A DNA stretch of 64,000 nucleotides from Bacteroidales bacterium (GCA_007134525.1 SLKR01000034.1:204-64203); one strand, 5' to 3'; positions 19,196 to 29,769 are shown, counted from the stretch's first letter. The notes: generated by a model not told the origin, from the sequence alone. Translations and numbers: made by a program.

Positions 19196-22087
19196 ATGAT
19201 AAGCAATAACTTTATAGAAAGACACAACGGGATCAGGAAGGATGATGAGAAGAAAATGCTGAAGAAAATTGGTGTGGCCTCTGCCGGCAAGCTGATTGAC
19301 CAGACCATTCCGCCAAGCATAAGGCTTAAGAAAGACCTTGATATTCCTGACGGCCTCAATGAGTATGAGTATATAAACCACCTTAAGGAGCTGGGCGGCA
19401 AAAACAAGATATACAAGAGCTACATCGGCATGGGCTATTACAATACCATCATGCCGGGGGTGATACAGCGGAATATCCTTGAGAACCCCGGATGGTACAC
19501 CTCGTATACACCATACCAGGCTGAGATATCCCAGGGACGACTGGAGGCACTGCTGAACTTTCAGACAGTGATCTCCGACCTTACGGGCCTGGAGATAGCG
19601 AACGCATCCCTTCTGGATGAGGCTACAGCAGCGGCCGAGGCAATGATAATGCTCTTCAATGCCAGGCCGAGGGAGGCCGTAAAGAATGAGGTAAATAAGT
19701 TCTTTGTATCTGCCAGGATGTTCCCACAGACCATAGACGTTCTAAAAAACAGGGCCATGCCACTGGGTATTGAACTGGTTATAGATAACCACCACCAGGT
19801 TGAACCCGACGACACTTTCTTCGGTGCAATACTGCAGTTTCCCGACCAGTTCGGGTCAGTAAACGATTATACCGGTTTTGTTCAAAAAGCGAAGGAGAAT
19901 GGAGTGCGCCTTGCAGTTGCAGCAGACCTTCTCAGCCTGACAATGCTGACCCCGCCCGGTGAATGGGGGGCGGATGTGGTAGTTGGCAGTGCACAGAGGT
20001 TTGGCGTGCCGATGGGATACGGAGGCCCTCATGCAGGGTACTTTGCCACAAAAGAGGAGTTCAAAAGGAATGTACCGGGGCGGATAATCGGCGTTTCAGT
20101 CGACAAAAACGGTGACTATGCCCTCAGGATGGCCCTGCAGACCCGCGAACAGCACATTAAGCGCGAGAGGGCCACATCGAATATCTGCACGGCGCAGGCA
20201 CTTCTGGCCTCCATTGCTGCAATGTATGCGGTATACCACGGGCCGGAGGGGCTCAGGAAAATTGCCCGCCATATAAACATCCTCACGGGTGTCCTTTCCC
20301 GGGAAATTGAAAAATACGGCTACAGCCAGCTCAACAGATACTATTTTGACACCCTGCTTATTCAGCTGCCTGAAAGCGTATTCTCAGACAGCATCAGCCA
20401 GATGGCGCTGGAGGAGAAGATGAACTTCCGCATCATTGACGACAAACATTTAGGGATAAGCCTTGACGAAACCACTTCACTTAAAGATGTCAATAATATT
20501 CTTGAGGTGTTCGCAAAGGCCAATGCCAGGGAGTTTGGTGAGTTCGTGTGCGACCCTGCAGAGTGCAAAAAGATAACTACTATTCCCTCCGGCTTCGAAA
20601 GGGAAAGCCCCTATTTGAAGCAGTCGTGCTTCAACTCTTACCATTCGGAAACAGAGATGATGCGCTATCTGAAAAAGCTGGAGAACCGCGACCTCGCCCT
20701 TAACCGCACTATGATCCCCCTTGGCTCCTGCACAATGAAGCTCAATGCCGCGGCAGAGCTCTTTGCACTGAGCTGGCCTGAGTTTGCAAATCTGCACCCG
20801 TTTGTGCCCGACGACCAGGCGGCGGGATACCACGAACTGATACGCCGGCTTGAACGCGATCTGTGCGAGATCACCGGATTTGCAGGCTTTTCTTTCATGC
20901 CCAACTCAGGCGCTTCAGGAGAGTATACCGGCCTGATGGTGATAAGGGCATATCATGAAAGCCGGGGCGAGGGACACAGGGATGTTACCCTTATACCCTC
21001 CTCCGCACATGGGACCAACCCTGCCAGCGCAGTAATGGCCGGCACCAGGGTTGTTGTGGTGAAGTGTGATGAAAACGGCAATATCGACATCGGCGACCTC
21101 CGCCAAAAGGCAGAGAAGCACAGCAGGGACCTGGCCGCAATAATGGTCACCTACCCTTCCACTCACGGTGTATTTGAGGAGGATATCCTGGAGGTAACCG
21201 GGATCATCCATGAACACGGCGGGCAGGTGTACATGGACGGCGCAAACCTGAATGCACAGGTCGGTTACACAAACCCTGCTATCTGCGGGGCCGACGTATG
21301 CCACCTTAACCTGCACAAGACATTCGCCATACCCCACGGGGGAGGCGGACCGGGAGTCGGACCCATTGGCGTTGCAGAGCACCTTATCCCCTTTTTGCCA
21401 AACCACCCGCTAAAGAAAACAGGAGGGGACCAGGGCATCCACGCCATTTCAGCCTCACCCTTCGGCAGTGCCTTCATACTGCCTATTACCTACGGCTACA
21501 TTAAACTCCTGGGTGGTAAGGGCCTTAAGGAGGCTACCAGGATAGCCATACTGAGCACCAATTATATCAAGGCCTCTCTCGAGGGTCATTACAAGGTTCT
21601 ATATACCGGGAAAAACGGGTGGTCGGCCCACGAGATGATCCTCGACTGCAATCCTTTCAAGAGGAGTGTGCAGATAGATGCCATAGATATTGCAAAACGG
21701 CTTATGGATTATGGCTTTCACGCCCCGACGGTGGCATTCCCGGTACCAGGAACCCTTATGGTGGAACCCACGGAGAGCGAACCACTCTCTGAGCTGGACC
21801 GCTTTATTGAGGCAATGACTGAGATACGCGGGGAGATAAAGGAGGTAGAGGAAGGAAAAGCCGACAAGGATAACAATGTGATTAAGAATGCGCCCCACAC
21901 CGCTGCCATGGCAGCCGGAGACAAGTGGGACAAACCCTACAGCAGGGAAAAGGCGGTATTTCCGATGCCATGGTCGGCAGAGATTAAATACTTCCCGCCC
22001 GTAACCCGTATTGACGACGCTTACGGCGACCGCAACCTGGTTTGCACCTGCGAGCCAATAGAGAGTTACGCACAGACCGAGGTTTAA
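19196..22087 (+). CDS. gcvP: Glycine dehydrogenase (decarboxylating), single-chain P protein
   Basis: 963 aa. Motifs FIERHNG, YTPYQAEISQGRLEALLNFQT and NLHKTFAIPHGGGGPG (the PLP-Lys region). Confidence 0.97.
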   Translation: MISNNFIERHNGIRKDDEKKMLKKIGVASAGKLIDQTIPPSIRLKKDLDIPDGLNEYEYINHLKELGGKNKIYKSYIGMGYYNTIMPGVIQRNILENPGWYTSYTPYQAEISQGRLEALLNFQTVISDLTGLEIANASLLDEATAAAEAMIMLFNARPREAVKNEVNKFFVSARMFPQTIDVLKNRAMPLGIELVIDNHHQVEPDDTFFGAILQFPDQFGSVNDYTGFVQKAKENGVRLAVAADLLSLTMLTPPGEWGADVVVGSAQRFGVPMGYGGPHAGYFATKEEFKRNVPGRIIGVSVDKNGDYALRMALQTREQHIKRERATSNICTAQALLASIAAMYAVYHGPEGLRKIARHINILTGVLSREIEKYGYSQLNRYYFDTLLIQLPESVFSDSISQMALEEKMNFRIIDDKHLGISLDETTSLKDVNNILEVFAKANAREFGEFVCDPAECKKITTIPSGFERESPYLKQSCFNSYHSETEMMRYLKKLENRDLALNRTMIPLGSCTMKLNAAAELFALSWPEFANLHPFVPDDQAAGYHELIRRLERDLCEITGFAGFSFMPNSGASGEYTGLMVIRAYHESRGEGHRDVTLIPSSAHGTNPASAVMAGTRVVVVKCDENGNIDIGDLRQKAEKHSRDLAAIMVTYPSTHGVFEEDILEVTGIIHEHGGQVYMDGANLNAQVGYTNPAICGADVCHLNLHKTFAIPHGGGGPGVGPIGVAEHLIPFLPNHPLKKTGGDQGIHAISASPFGSAFILPITYGYIKLLGGKGLKEATRIAILSTNYIKASLEGHYKVLYTGKNGWSAHEMILDCNPFKRSVQIDAIDIAKRLMDYGFHAPTVAFPVPGTLMVEPTESEPLSELDRFIEAMTEIRGEIKEVEEGKADKDNNVIKNAPHTAAMAAGDKWDKPYSREKAVFPMPWSAEIKYFPPVTRIDDAYGDRNLVCTCEPIESYAQTEV

Positions 22088-22144
22088 AGGCAAAGGGGCC
22101 GGTATATTTATGTTTTTTTTGTATCCGGCCTGCATATTAATTTG

Positions 22145-22152
22145 TATATTTG
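22145..22152 (+). promoter_or_regulatory. Candidate -7 promoter box (TATATTTG) for the acyl-CoA ligase gene
   Basis: It matches TAnnTTTG. It lies downstream of the track start (22142) and upstream of ATG 22172, which supports the shorter CDS. Confidence 0.35.
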
Positions 22153-22171
22153 CGTTTTAAACCAGTGTTTT

Positions 22172-23902
22172 ATGTCAATTCCCGAAAAACTGACTTTCCG
22201 GACACTTCTGGAAAACAGTTCATCAAAGTATAGTGACAGGCCCGCCCTGGGATTTGTAGGCAGCGAACCCCTTACGTACTCTGATGTATACAAAAGCGCC
22301 TCAAGGCTGATGCTGACCCTGTCGGCATACGGCATCCGTAAGGGTGACCGGGTTGCCCTTCTGGCCCAGAACATGCCCAACTGGGGAGTCTCATACCTTG
22401 CGGTTACCGCCATGGGGGCTGTAGTGGTACCGATACTGATTGATTTTACCGAAGCGGAAATCGCCAGGATACTCGAGCATAGCGGTGCAAAAACGATAAT
22501 TGTCTCTGAAAAGCAGACATACAAGCTAAAAACATCTCTCCCGCCAAGCCTTAAATCGGCTTTGCTTATGGATGACCTCGAAGAGATCAGCCTGGGCAGT
22601 TTGGAGATGTCGGGTAAGGCCGTAAAGTCACCGCTCAGATCAAAGGAGAGCAGCAACAAGATGCCGGAAGCACCGGGTGAATACGACCTCGCTGCAATAC
22701 TCTACACATCGGGAACTACCGGAAACCCGAAGGGCGTTATGCTCAGCCATATGAACATACTGTCGAACGCGGTAAACACACTGGGTATCCAGAATGTTGT
22801 TTCCGGCGACAGGCTGTTGTCGGTACTCCCGCTGCCACATACCTATGAGTGCACTATCGGCTTTGTTATCCCGTTTATGACGGGGGCTTCTGTCAGATAC
22901 CTGGACAAGCCGCCCACGCCGACAGTCCTTTTGCCTGCAATGGAAGAGGTAAAGCCTACGATGATGCTCACGGTGCCGCTGATAATCGAAAAGGTTTACC
23001 GCAACAGGGTGCTTCCCAAACTAACATCCGGCGGGATTATGAGGGTTCTGACAAAGGCAGGCCCTGTACGGAAGCTGTTACACAAAATAGCCGGGAAAAA
23101 GATATACAAGGCCTTCGGTGGCCATCTGCACTTCTTCGGCATAGGTGGATCCAAGCTTGATGCTGCCACAGAGCTCTTTCTGCGGGATGCCGGCTTCCCT
23201 TACGCTATCGGCTACGGACTCACCGAAACCTCACCCCTGCTGGCAGGTTGCGGCCCCAAGGTGACCAAATACCAGTCAACAGGTTATTCACTGCCAAACC
23301 AGCAGATACGAATCCAAAGTCCGGACCCAAAAACCGGAGAGGGCGAGATCGTTGCCAGGGGGCCGAATATAATGCTCGGCTATTACAAGGATCCGGAGAT
23401 GACAAAGACGGTCTTTACCGAAGATGGCTGGTTCAAAACAGGTGACCTGGGCTACATTGACAATGACGGCTACCTGTTCATAAGGGGCCGCATCAAAAAC
23501 ATCATAATCAGCTCTACGGGAGAAAACATCTATCCCGAGGACATAGAGGCAGAGATCAACAGGGAGCACCATGTTCTGGAGTCGCTGGTTTATGAGATGA
23601 AGGGAAAACTTGTAGCAAAGATACACCTCAACTATGAAGAGTTAGACAAAAGATATCAGGAGATGAGGGAGTCGGCCGGACATAGTTACCAGGACCTTAA
23701 GGAGAGCGCAGGTAATATGTATGAACATATGCAGCATAAGGCAAAGGCCCGCCTGAACGAGATACAGCAGAGGGTTAATTCACGGCTCAACCGTTTCTCA
23801 AAACTCACCTTTGTCGAAGAGCAGCTTGAGCCTTTCGAGAAAACACCCACGAAAAAGATAAAGCGGTTCCTGTACTTCGACAAGAAAAAGGATAATAAAT
23901 AA
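22172..23902 (+). CDS. Long-chain-fatty-acid--CoA ligase (AMP-binding family)
   Basis: The AMP-binding motif is ILYTSGTTGNPKGVMLSH. GYGLTETSP and TGDLGYIDNDGYLFIRGR are also present. The start was moved to the internal ATG (MSIPEKL). Confidence 0.85.
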   Translation: MSIPEKLTFRTLLENSSSKYSDRPALGFVGSEPLTYSDVYKSASRLMLTLSAYGIRKGDRVALLAQNMPNWGVSYLAVTAMGAVVVPILIDFTEAEIARILEHSGAKTIIVSEKQTYKLKTSLPPSLKSALLMDDLEEISLGSLEMSGKAVKSPLRSKESSNKMPEAPGEYDLAAILYTSGTTGNPKGVMLSHMNILSNAVNTLGIQNVVSGDRLLSVLPLPHTYECTIGFVIPFMTGASVRYLDKPPTPTVLLPAMEEVKPTMMLTVPLIIEKVYRNRVLPKLTSGGIMRVLTKAGPVRKLLHKIAGKKIYKAFGGHLHFFGIGGSKLDAATELFLRDAGFPYAIGYGLTETSPLLAGCGPKVTKYQSTGYSLPNQQIRIQSPDPKTGEGEIVARGPNIMLGYYKDPEMTKTVFTEDGWFKTGDLGYIDNDGYLFIRGRIKNIIISSTGENIYPEDIEAEINREHHVLESLVYEMKGKLVAKIHLNYEELDKRYQEMRESAGHSYQDLKESAGNMYEHMQHKAKARLNEIQQRVNSRLNRFSKLTFVEEQLEPFEKTPTKKIKRFLYFDKKKDNK

Positions 23903-23915
23903 TAAGCTCCCTGCC

Positions 23916-26108
23916 TCAGAGTATGGAATATGCCACGGCGACACCAACTGTAACCACCGAGGCCATCACCATCAGCTTTATAAGGATATTCAGGCTCGGC
24001 CCGGAGGTGTCCTTGAAGGGGTCGCCAACTGTGTCGCCCGTGATAGCAGACTTATGGCTGGCTGAACCCTTTCCCCCGAAGTTACCCTCTTCGATATACT
24101 TTTTGGCATTATCCCAGGCACCCCCGGAATTTGCCATGAAAATCGCCAGGGCGAACCCGCTCGATATCGTGCCAAGAAGGAGTCCGGATATTCCGGGCAC
24201 ACCAAATATCAGGCCCACGACCACGGGTATCAGCAAGGCAATAAGTGAGGGCAAAAGCATCTCATGCTGTGCACCCCTGGTGGAGATCTGAACGCAGCGG
24301 GCATAATCAGGCTCTTCCGTACCTTCAATAATTCCGGGCATCATCCTGAACTGCCTCCGGACCTCATCCACCATCTTCTGGGCAGCCCTTCCCACAGCAT
24401 TCATCGTCAGTCCGCTGAAAAGGTAAACTGCCATAACTCCCAGCAGAATGCCTGCAATCACCTTGGGATTCATAAGGTGTACTTCATAGTGGACCACAAA
24501 GTCAATAAATCTGGCTTCTGAAGCTTTTGTGCCCGCTATCAGCTCATCAGGCCTGTCGAGGATCTTAACAAACATCATCTTTACCTCCTCAAAATATGAT
24601 GCAAGAAGTGCCAGGGCAGTTAGTGCGGCCGAACCAATGGCAAAACCCTTACCTGTTGCTGCGGTTGTATTGCCAAGTGCATCAAGTGCATCCGTGCGCC
24701 GGCGAACCTCCTCCCCGAGTCCGCTCATCTCGGCATTGCCGCCGGCATTGTCGGCAATCGGGCCGTAAGCGTCTGTTGCAAGGGTAATACCCAGTGTTGA
24801 CAGCATTCCTACTGCCGCAATGCCTATCCCGTAAAGACCGTAATTAAGGGAGTCGACCGCAAAACTAAAGCCGGTGGCAAATAAAAAGGCCATCGTTATA
24901 GCCACAACTATTATAAACAAAGGCAAAGATGCCGACAGTAAGCCGTTGCCTACCCCGCTGATAATCAGGGTTGCAGTACCGGTCTGGCTCGACTCGGCTA
25001 TCTTTTGGGTGGGGCGGTAGGCCGATGCCGTAAAGTACTCTGTCGACTGCCCTATTGCGATACCGGCTAGCAGGCCGGTAACGATGGAGCCCCACAGCCC
25101 CAGGTAGTTGGGCATATTCAGAAAGTACAGTACCAGAAAGGATGCTATCACGATAAGAAATGCACTCAGGTTCACTCCGAAACCCAGTGACCTCAGCAAT
25201 TGTTTCTGATTGGCACCCTCCCTGGTCCTTACCATAAACACGCCAAAAATTGAAAGTATGGTGCCTATTGACGCAATTAACATGGGCGCAATAACGGCAT
25301 TGAACTGGGCACTGCTTTCATAGCCAATGAAGGCGGCTGCTCCCAGCAGGGCAGTTGCCAGGATAGAAGCGGCAAACGACTCGAAAAGGTCGGCTCCCAT
25401 GCCTGCCACATCTCCCACATTATCTCCCACATTATCGGCAATAGTGGCCGGATTGCGGGGATCATCCTCGGGTATGCCCTCCTCCATCTTGCCAACAAGG
25501 TCGGCACCAACATCGGCCGCCTTGGTAAAGATACCACCACCCACACGTGCAAACAGGGCCTGGGTGGAGGCCCCCATTCCGAAAGTCAGCATGATGGCTG
25601 TAATTGTCATCAGCTTATACCCTGGCTCCATTTCAGGTATGAAAATGTTAAGCGCTATAAACCACAGCGATATGTCAAGGAGCACCAGGCCTACAACTAC
25701 AAGGCCCATCACCGCACCGCTGCGGAATGCCAGGCGGAGCCCTCCGTCGAGTGATTTACGGCACGCATTTGCAACCCTTCCTGAGGCATATGTGGCTGCT
25801 TTCATGCCAAAAAAACCGGCAAGCCCTGAGAAGAAACCGCCGGTCAGAAATGCAAAGGGGACCCATTTGTTTTGGATCCCCAGGCCATAAGCCAGTATAG
25901 AAAAAATCACCGTGATTATCAAAAACACGATGATTACTACCTTGTATTGCTGCCTGAGGTATGCGGAAGCACCTCTTCGCACATGGGCAGCAATTTTCTT
26001 CATTTGGTCCGTGCCCTCATCCATTCTCATCATCTGCCGGAAAAAATAGGCGGCAAATACCAGTGCCAGGATGGAGCCTGCCGGAACTAACCAGAAAATT
26101 TCAGGCAT
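23916..26108 (-). CDS. hppA: Membrane-integral ion-translocating pyrophosphatase
   Basis: 730 aa and polytopic. Motifs GGGIFTKAADVGADLVGK, DNVGDNVGD and GDTVGDPFKDTSGPSLN. Confidence 0.95.
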   Translation of the reverse strand: MPEIFWLVPAGSILALVFAAYFFRQMMRMDEGTDQMKKIAAHVRRGASAYLRQQYKVVIIVFLIITVIFSILAYGLGIQNKWVPFAFLTGGFFSGLAGFFGMKAATYASGRVANACRKSLDGGLRLAFRSGAVMGLVVVGLVLLDISLWFIALNIFIPEMEPGYKLMTITAIMLTFGMGASTQALFARVGGGIFTKAADVGADLVGKMEEGIPEDDPRNPATIADNVGDNVGDVAGMGADLFESFAASILATALLGAAAFIGYESSAQFNAVIAPMLIASIGTILSIFGVFMVRTREGANQKQLLRSLGFGVNLSAFLIVIASFLVLYFLNMPNYLGLWGSIVTGLLAGIAIGQSTEYFTASAYRPTQKIAESSQTGTATLIISGVGNGLLSASLPLFIIVVAITMAFLFATGFSFAVDSLNYGLYGIGIAAVGMLSTLGITLATDAYGPIADNAGGNAEMSGLGEEVRRRTDALDALGNTTAATGKGFAIGSAALTALALLASYFEEVKMMFVKILDRPDELIAGTKASEARFIDFVVHYEVHLMNPKVIAGILLGVMAVYLFSGLTMNAVGRAAQKMVDEVRRQFRMMPGIIEGTEEPDYARCVQISTRGAQHEMLLPSLIALLIPVVVGLIFGVPGISGLLLGTISSGFALAIFMANSGGAWDNAKKYIEEGNFGGKGSASHKSAITGDTVGDPFKDTSGPSLNILIKLMVMASVVTVGVAVAYSIL

Positions 26109-26161
26109 GTTTGTTTTGGTTTTTAGTGTTAGTTATTTTGTTGTATTATTAGTGGTTGTTT

Positions 26162-26169
26162 CAAAAATA
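26162..26169 (-). promoter_or_regulatory. Candidate -7 promoter box (TATTTTTG on the minus strand) for hppA
   Basis: The plus-strand CAAAAATA reads TATTTTTG on the minus strand, about 55 nt upstream of the hppA ATG. Confidence 0.3.
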
Positions 26170-26279
26170 TGAATTAATTATTTTACACCTGCACAATTTT
26201 TTAATTTTTATCGCACAAATTGCCTTAATTATCGTGAGATATCAACAAATTCAGCTGTTGGCCGTTTCATAAAAAAATG

Positions 26280-26287
26280 TATTTTTG
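26280..26287 (+). promoter_or_regulatory. Candidate -7 promoter box (TATTTTTG) for the BFN-nupC-thyA-folA gene string
   Basis: It matches TAnnTTTG about 55 nt upstream of ATG 26343. Confidence 0.3.
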
Positions 26288-26342
26288 TGTTTTACTTAAG
26301 GTGCCATAGCTGTTTTTGCAGGGCATTATTTCCAATGGAGGT

Positions 26343-26957
26343 ATGCATATGAAGAAAATCAAGCTTGAAATATTGGGGATATCATACAGCCAGTCACAGT
26401 CGGGTGCATATGCACTTATTTTTGGTGAATCAGGCAAGAAGCGAAGGCTTCCCATTATAATAGGCAGCTTTGAGGCACAGGCTATTGCAATTGAACTCGA
26501 AAAAATGAAGCCCAGCCGGCCACTTACACACGATCTTTTCAAGAACTTCGCCACTACCTTTAATATTACTGTAAACGAAGTAATTATTTATAAGTTCAGT
26601 GAAGGTATCTTTTTCGCCAAACTGATCTGTTATGACGGGGTCAAGGAGGTGGAGATAGACTCCAGGACCTCAGATGCCGTAGCTATTGCAGTGAGATTCA
26701 AATGCCCTATATATACATACGAAAGCATACTTGATGCTGCCGGTATTGTAATGCAGGAAGGTGACGAGCCTCTGGATTCCGAATCCGGTACCACACGGGG
26801 TAAGCAGCCGGAAAAAAAGCAGGATTCTCCTGAGCAGTACGGCCAGATGACCCTCAAGGAACTCGAGAAAAAACTTATGGAAGCTATAGATGCCGAGGCT
26901 TATGAAAGGGCTTCAGTGATCCGTGATGAGATAAATAAAAGGAAAGCCCAAAAATAA
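26343..26957 (+). CDS. Bifunctional nuclease family (BFN/DUF151) protein with a C-terminal UVR motif
   Basis: KKIKLEILGISYSQSQSGAYALIFGE...LPIIIGSFEAQAIAIELE...PSRPLTHDL is the BFN domain. The C-terminal LEKKLMEAIDAEAYERASVIRDEI resembles the UvrB/UvrC motif. The track start at 26316 is TTG, so I used the first in-frame ATG. Confidence 0.8.
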   Translation: MHMKKIKLEILGISYSQSQSGAYALIFGESGKKRRLPIIIGSFEAQAIAIELEKMKPSRPLTHDLFKNFATTFNITVNEVIIYKFSEGIFFAKLICYDGVKEVEIDSRTSDAVAIAVRFKCPIYTYESILDAAGIVMQEGDEPLDSESGTTRGKQPEKKQDSPEQYGQMTLKELEKKLMEAIDAEAYERASVIRDEINKRKAQK

Positions 26958-26962
26958 GCAGC

Positions 26963-28420
26963 ATGAAAAGAACCCTGCTCTTTCTTTTTGTTTTTCTGTT
27001 CATTGCGCCCGTTTTCATTGGCGCAATTGTAACATATGCAGGCCAGGACAACACCACTTTAATCCAACCAGTTGCGGCCGCAGAAGTAAGTACAGCCCAG
27101 CATTCTGCAGTTGAGGTACCAGAGTATCAGTTCAGCATTGTCACCATACTGAGAGGCTTGCTTGGAATGTTTGTGCTTATCGGTATTGCCTGGCTGTTCA
27201 GTGCCAACCGCAAGGCCATATCCTGGAGGGTTGTGGCAATAGGTCTGGCGGCGCAGGTGCTGCTTGCGGCCGGAGTGCTTCAGGTACCTCCGGTACAGTA
27301 TTTCTTTGAGATCGTGGGTTCAGTGTTCGTGGTGATTCTGGATTTCACCAAGGAAGGAACGGAGTTTCTGTTCGGGGAGTTACTGGATACCGAAAAATAC
27401 GGATACATTTTTGCCTTTCAGGTGCTGCCTACAATCATTTTCTTCTCGGCACTTACCAGCCTTTTGTTTTATCTCGGAATAATTCAGAAGATAGTTTACG
27501 CCATGGCCTGGCTCATGACCAAGGCAATGAAGATATCAGGTGCGGAAAGCCTGTCGGTTGCCGGAAACGTCTTTCTGGGGCAAACCGAATCTCCCCTGCT
27601 GATCAAGGAATACCTTCCTGATATGAGCCGTTCGGAGATACTGCTTGTAATGACAGGAGGTATGGCAACCCTTGCAGGCGGAGTGCTCGCAGCATATATC
27701 GGCTTCCTTGGCGGGGATGACCCGGTACAGCGGCTGGTGTTTGCACAGCACCTGCTAGCCGCTTCAATAATGGCAGCTCCAGGTGCTGTGGTAATATCAA
27801 AGATTCTTTATCCGCAGACCGAAGAGATCAGGGAAAAGGTCGAGATATCAAGGGAGGAGATAGGCGACAACGTACTTGATTCAATTACCAACGGTACCGG
27901 CCAGGGCCTCAGGCTTGCAGCAAACGTGGCTGCCATGCTCGTGGTGTTCATCGCCTTCATAGCAATGTTCAACTTCATTGTTGGCCGGATCGGTGATATT
28001 GTCAACCTCAACCCGCTGATCGCAGAAGCCACAGGCGGTCGTTATGACAGTCTGTCTTTGCAGTTCCTGCTCGGTTACACCTTTGCACCGTTAATGTGGC
28101 TTATCGGGGTTAGCCTTCCCGATATAACACTGGTAGGCAGGCTACTTGGCGAAAAAGTGATAATGACGGAGTTCATAGGATATGTCAGCCTGGCAGAACT
28201 AAAAGATGCAAATGCATTTGCCGACCCTAAATCAATTATAATGGCCACCTATATGTTGTGCGGATTTGCAAACTTTGCCAGTATAGGCATTCAGATCGGA
28301 GGTATAGGGTCCCTTGCACCGACACGCAAGGTACTGCTTTCGCAGTTCGGGATGAGGGCCCTTTTGGGAGGCACCCTGGCAGGTCTTATGAGCGCCACCA
28401 TCGTAGGTATGATACTGTAA
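26963..28420 (+). CDS. NupC/CNT-family concentrative nucleoside transporter
   Basis: 485 aa and polytopic. Motifs GTEFLFG, NVFLGQTESPLLIKEYL and GFANFASIGIQIGG. Confidence 0.9.
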   Translation: MKRTLLFLFVFLFIAPVFIGAIVTYAGQDNTTLIQPVAAAEVSTAQHSAVEVPEYQFSIVTILRGLLGMFVLIGIAWLFSANRKAISWRVVAIGLAAQVLLAAGVLQVPPVQYFFEIVGSVFVVILDFTKEGTEFLFGELLDTEKYGYIFAFQVLPTIIFFSALTSLLFYLGIIQKIVYAMAWLMTKAMKISGAESLSVAGNVFLGQTESPLLIKEYLPDMSRSEILLVMTGGMATLAGGVLAAYIGFLGGDDPVQRLVFAQHLLAASIMAAPGAVVISKILYPQTEEIREKVEISREEIGDNVLDSITNGTGQGLRLAANVAAMLVVFIAFIAMFNFIVGRIGDIVNLNPLIAEATGGRYDSLSLQFLLGYTFAPLMWLIGVSLPDITLVGRLLGEKVIMTEFIGYVSLAELKDANAFADPKSIIMATYMLCGFANFASIGIQIGGIGSLAPTRKVLLSQFGMRALLGGTLAGLMSATIVGMIL

Positions 28421-28448
28421 CAGGATCACAAAAACCCAATAAGAAGTC

Positions 28449-29240
28449 ATGCAGCAATACCTTGATCTTCTTGACCATGTTCTGGCAAACGGAACCATAA
28501 AAGACGACCGTACCGGTACCGGCACACTAAGTGTTTTCGGATATCAGATGCGTTTCGACCTGGAAAAGGGTTTCCCCCTGGTGACCACCAAAAAGGTACA
28601 CCTCAGGTCGATAATTCACGAACTTCTGTGGTTCCTCAGGGGTGACACCAACATCGGATACCTCAACGAGAACGGAGTCAGCATATGGGATGAGTGGGCT
28701 GACCAAAATGGTGACCTCGGACCCGTTTACGGAGCCCAGTGGAGAAGCTGGCCATCCGATAAGGGAGAGATAGACCAGATAGACACACTTGTAAAGCAGA
28801 TCAAGACAAACCCTGACTCCCGCAGGCTTATGGTGTGCGCCTGGAACGTGGGGCAGCTGGAAGAAATGTCACTTCCACCCTGCCACGTTCTGTTTCAGTT
28901 CTATGTAGCCGGTGGCCGGCTGTCGTGCCAGCTTTATCAGAGGAGTGCCGACGTTTTCCTGGGCGTACCGTTCAATATAGCCTCATACGCACTGCTGACA
29001 ATGATGATGGCTCAGGTTTGCGGCCTGCGTCCGGGAGAGTTCATACACAGCTTTGGCGATGCACACCTCTATCTTAACCACCTTGACCAGGCAAGGCTTC
29101 AGCTCAGCCGCACACCCAGGCCCCTGCCGGAAATGACAATAAACAGGGAGGTGAAAGACATTTTCTCTTTTACATACTCCGATTTCAGGCTTTCAGGATA
29201 TGACCCGCATCCCCATATCAAAGCCCCCATTGCAGTTTAA
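28449..29240 (+). CDS. thyA: Thymidylate synthase
   Basis: [31 protein letters not shown]...[12 protein letters not shown]...DAHLYLNH. Confidence 0.97.
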   Translation: MQQYLDLLDHVLANGTIKDDRTGTGTLSVFGYQMRFDLEKGFPLVTTKKVHLRSIIHELLWFLRGDTNIGYLNENGVSIWDEWADQNGDLGPVYGAQWRSWPSDKGEIDQIDTLVKQIKTNPDSRRLMVCAWNVGQLEEMSLPPCHVLFQFYVAGGRLSCQLYQRSADVFLGVPFNIASYALLTMMMAQVCGLRPGEFIHSFGDAHLYLNHLDQARLQLSRTPRPLPEMTINREVKDIFSFTYSDFRLSGYDPHPHIKAPIAV

Positions 29241-29256
29241 CAACAATAATTTCAGT

Positions 29257-29766
29257 ATGATACTATCCATTATAGCTGCCGTTGCCAACAATAACGTAAT
29301 AGGCAGCAACAACCGCCTGGTATGGCATATTCCGGCCGACCTGAAACATTTCAAGAAAACCACCATGGGTCACACCCTGATAATGGGCAGAAGGACCTTT
29401 GAGTCGCTTGGAAAGCCCCTTAAAGGAAGGACTACCATCGTGGTTACCAGGAAAAGCGATTATGATGCCGGAGGGTGTACCGTGGCCGGATCAGTAAAGG
29501 AGGCGATCAGGATGGTAAGAAACGAGAAGGAGGTATTCATCGCCGGCGGGGCCGAGATTTACAATCAGACCATTGACCTTTACCAAACCAGGCGCATGTA
29601 TATCACCAGGATATATGCGAACTTTGAAGGTGATGCATTTTTCCCGGAAATTGATCCAGGGAAATGGGAGCTGACAGATATACAGGAACATCAGCCGGAC
29701 GAAAAGAACATCTACCCTTACGCCTTTATGGAGTACAGAAAAATCAGCAGTCGCAGGAAGCGATAG
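29257..29766 (+). CDS. folA: Dihydrofolate reductase
   Basis: MILSIIAAVANNNVIGSNNRLVWHIPADLKHFKKTTMGHTLIMGRRTFESLG. The track ORF starts at 29200 inside thyA. The internal ATG 29257 gives a canonical DHFR N-terminus. Confidence 0.9.
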   Translation: MILSIIAAVANNNVIGSNNRLVWHIPADLKHFKKTTMGHTLIMGRRTFESLGKPLKGRTTIVVTRKSDYDAGGCTVAGSVKEAIRMVRNEKEVFIAGGAEIYNQTIDLYQTRRMYITRIYANFEGDAFFPEIDPGKWELTDIQEHQPDEKNIYPYAFMEYRKISSRRKR

Positions 29767-29769
29767 TTT

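Noticed and set aside
22088-22141. A possible hairpin GGCCGG...CCGGCC after gcvP, considered as a terminator
   Set aside because: The stem is only 6 bp and the loop is about 20 nt and T-rich, which is too weak to call a terminator with confidence.
29200-29256. 5' extensions of track ORFs into upstream genes: folA 29200, OmpA-family 34701, DUF368 39873, J-domain 41496, rpmB 41491, acyl-CoA ligase 22142 and BFN 26316
   Set aside because: Each extension adds non-homologous residues ahead of a canonical family N-terminus or signal peptide. It often overlaps the neighbouring gene or a candidate promoter box. I used the internal ATG starts instead.
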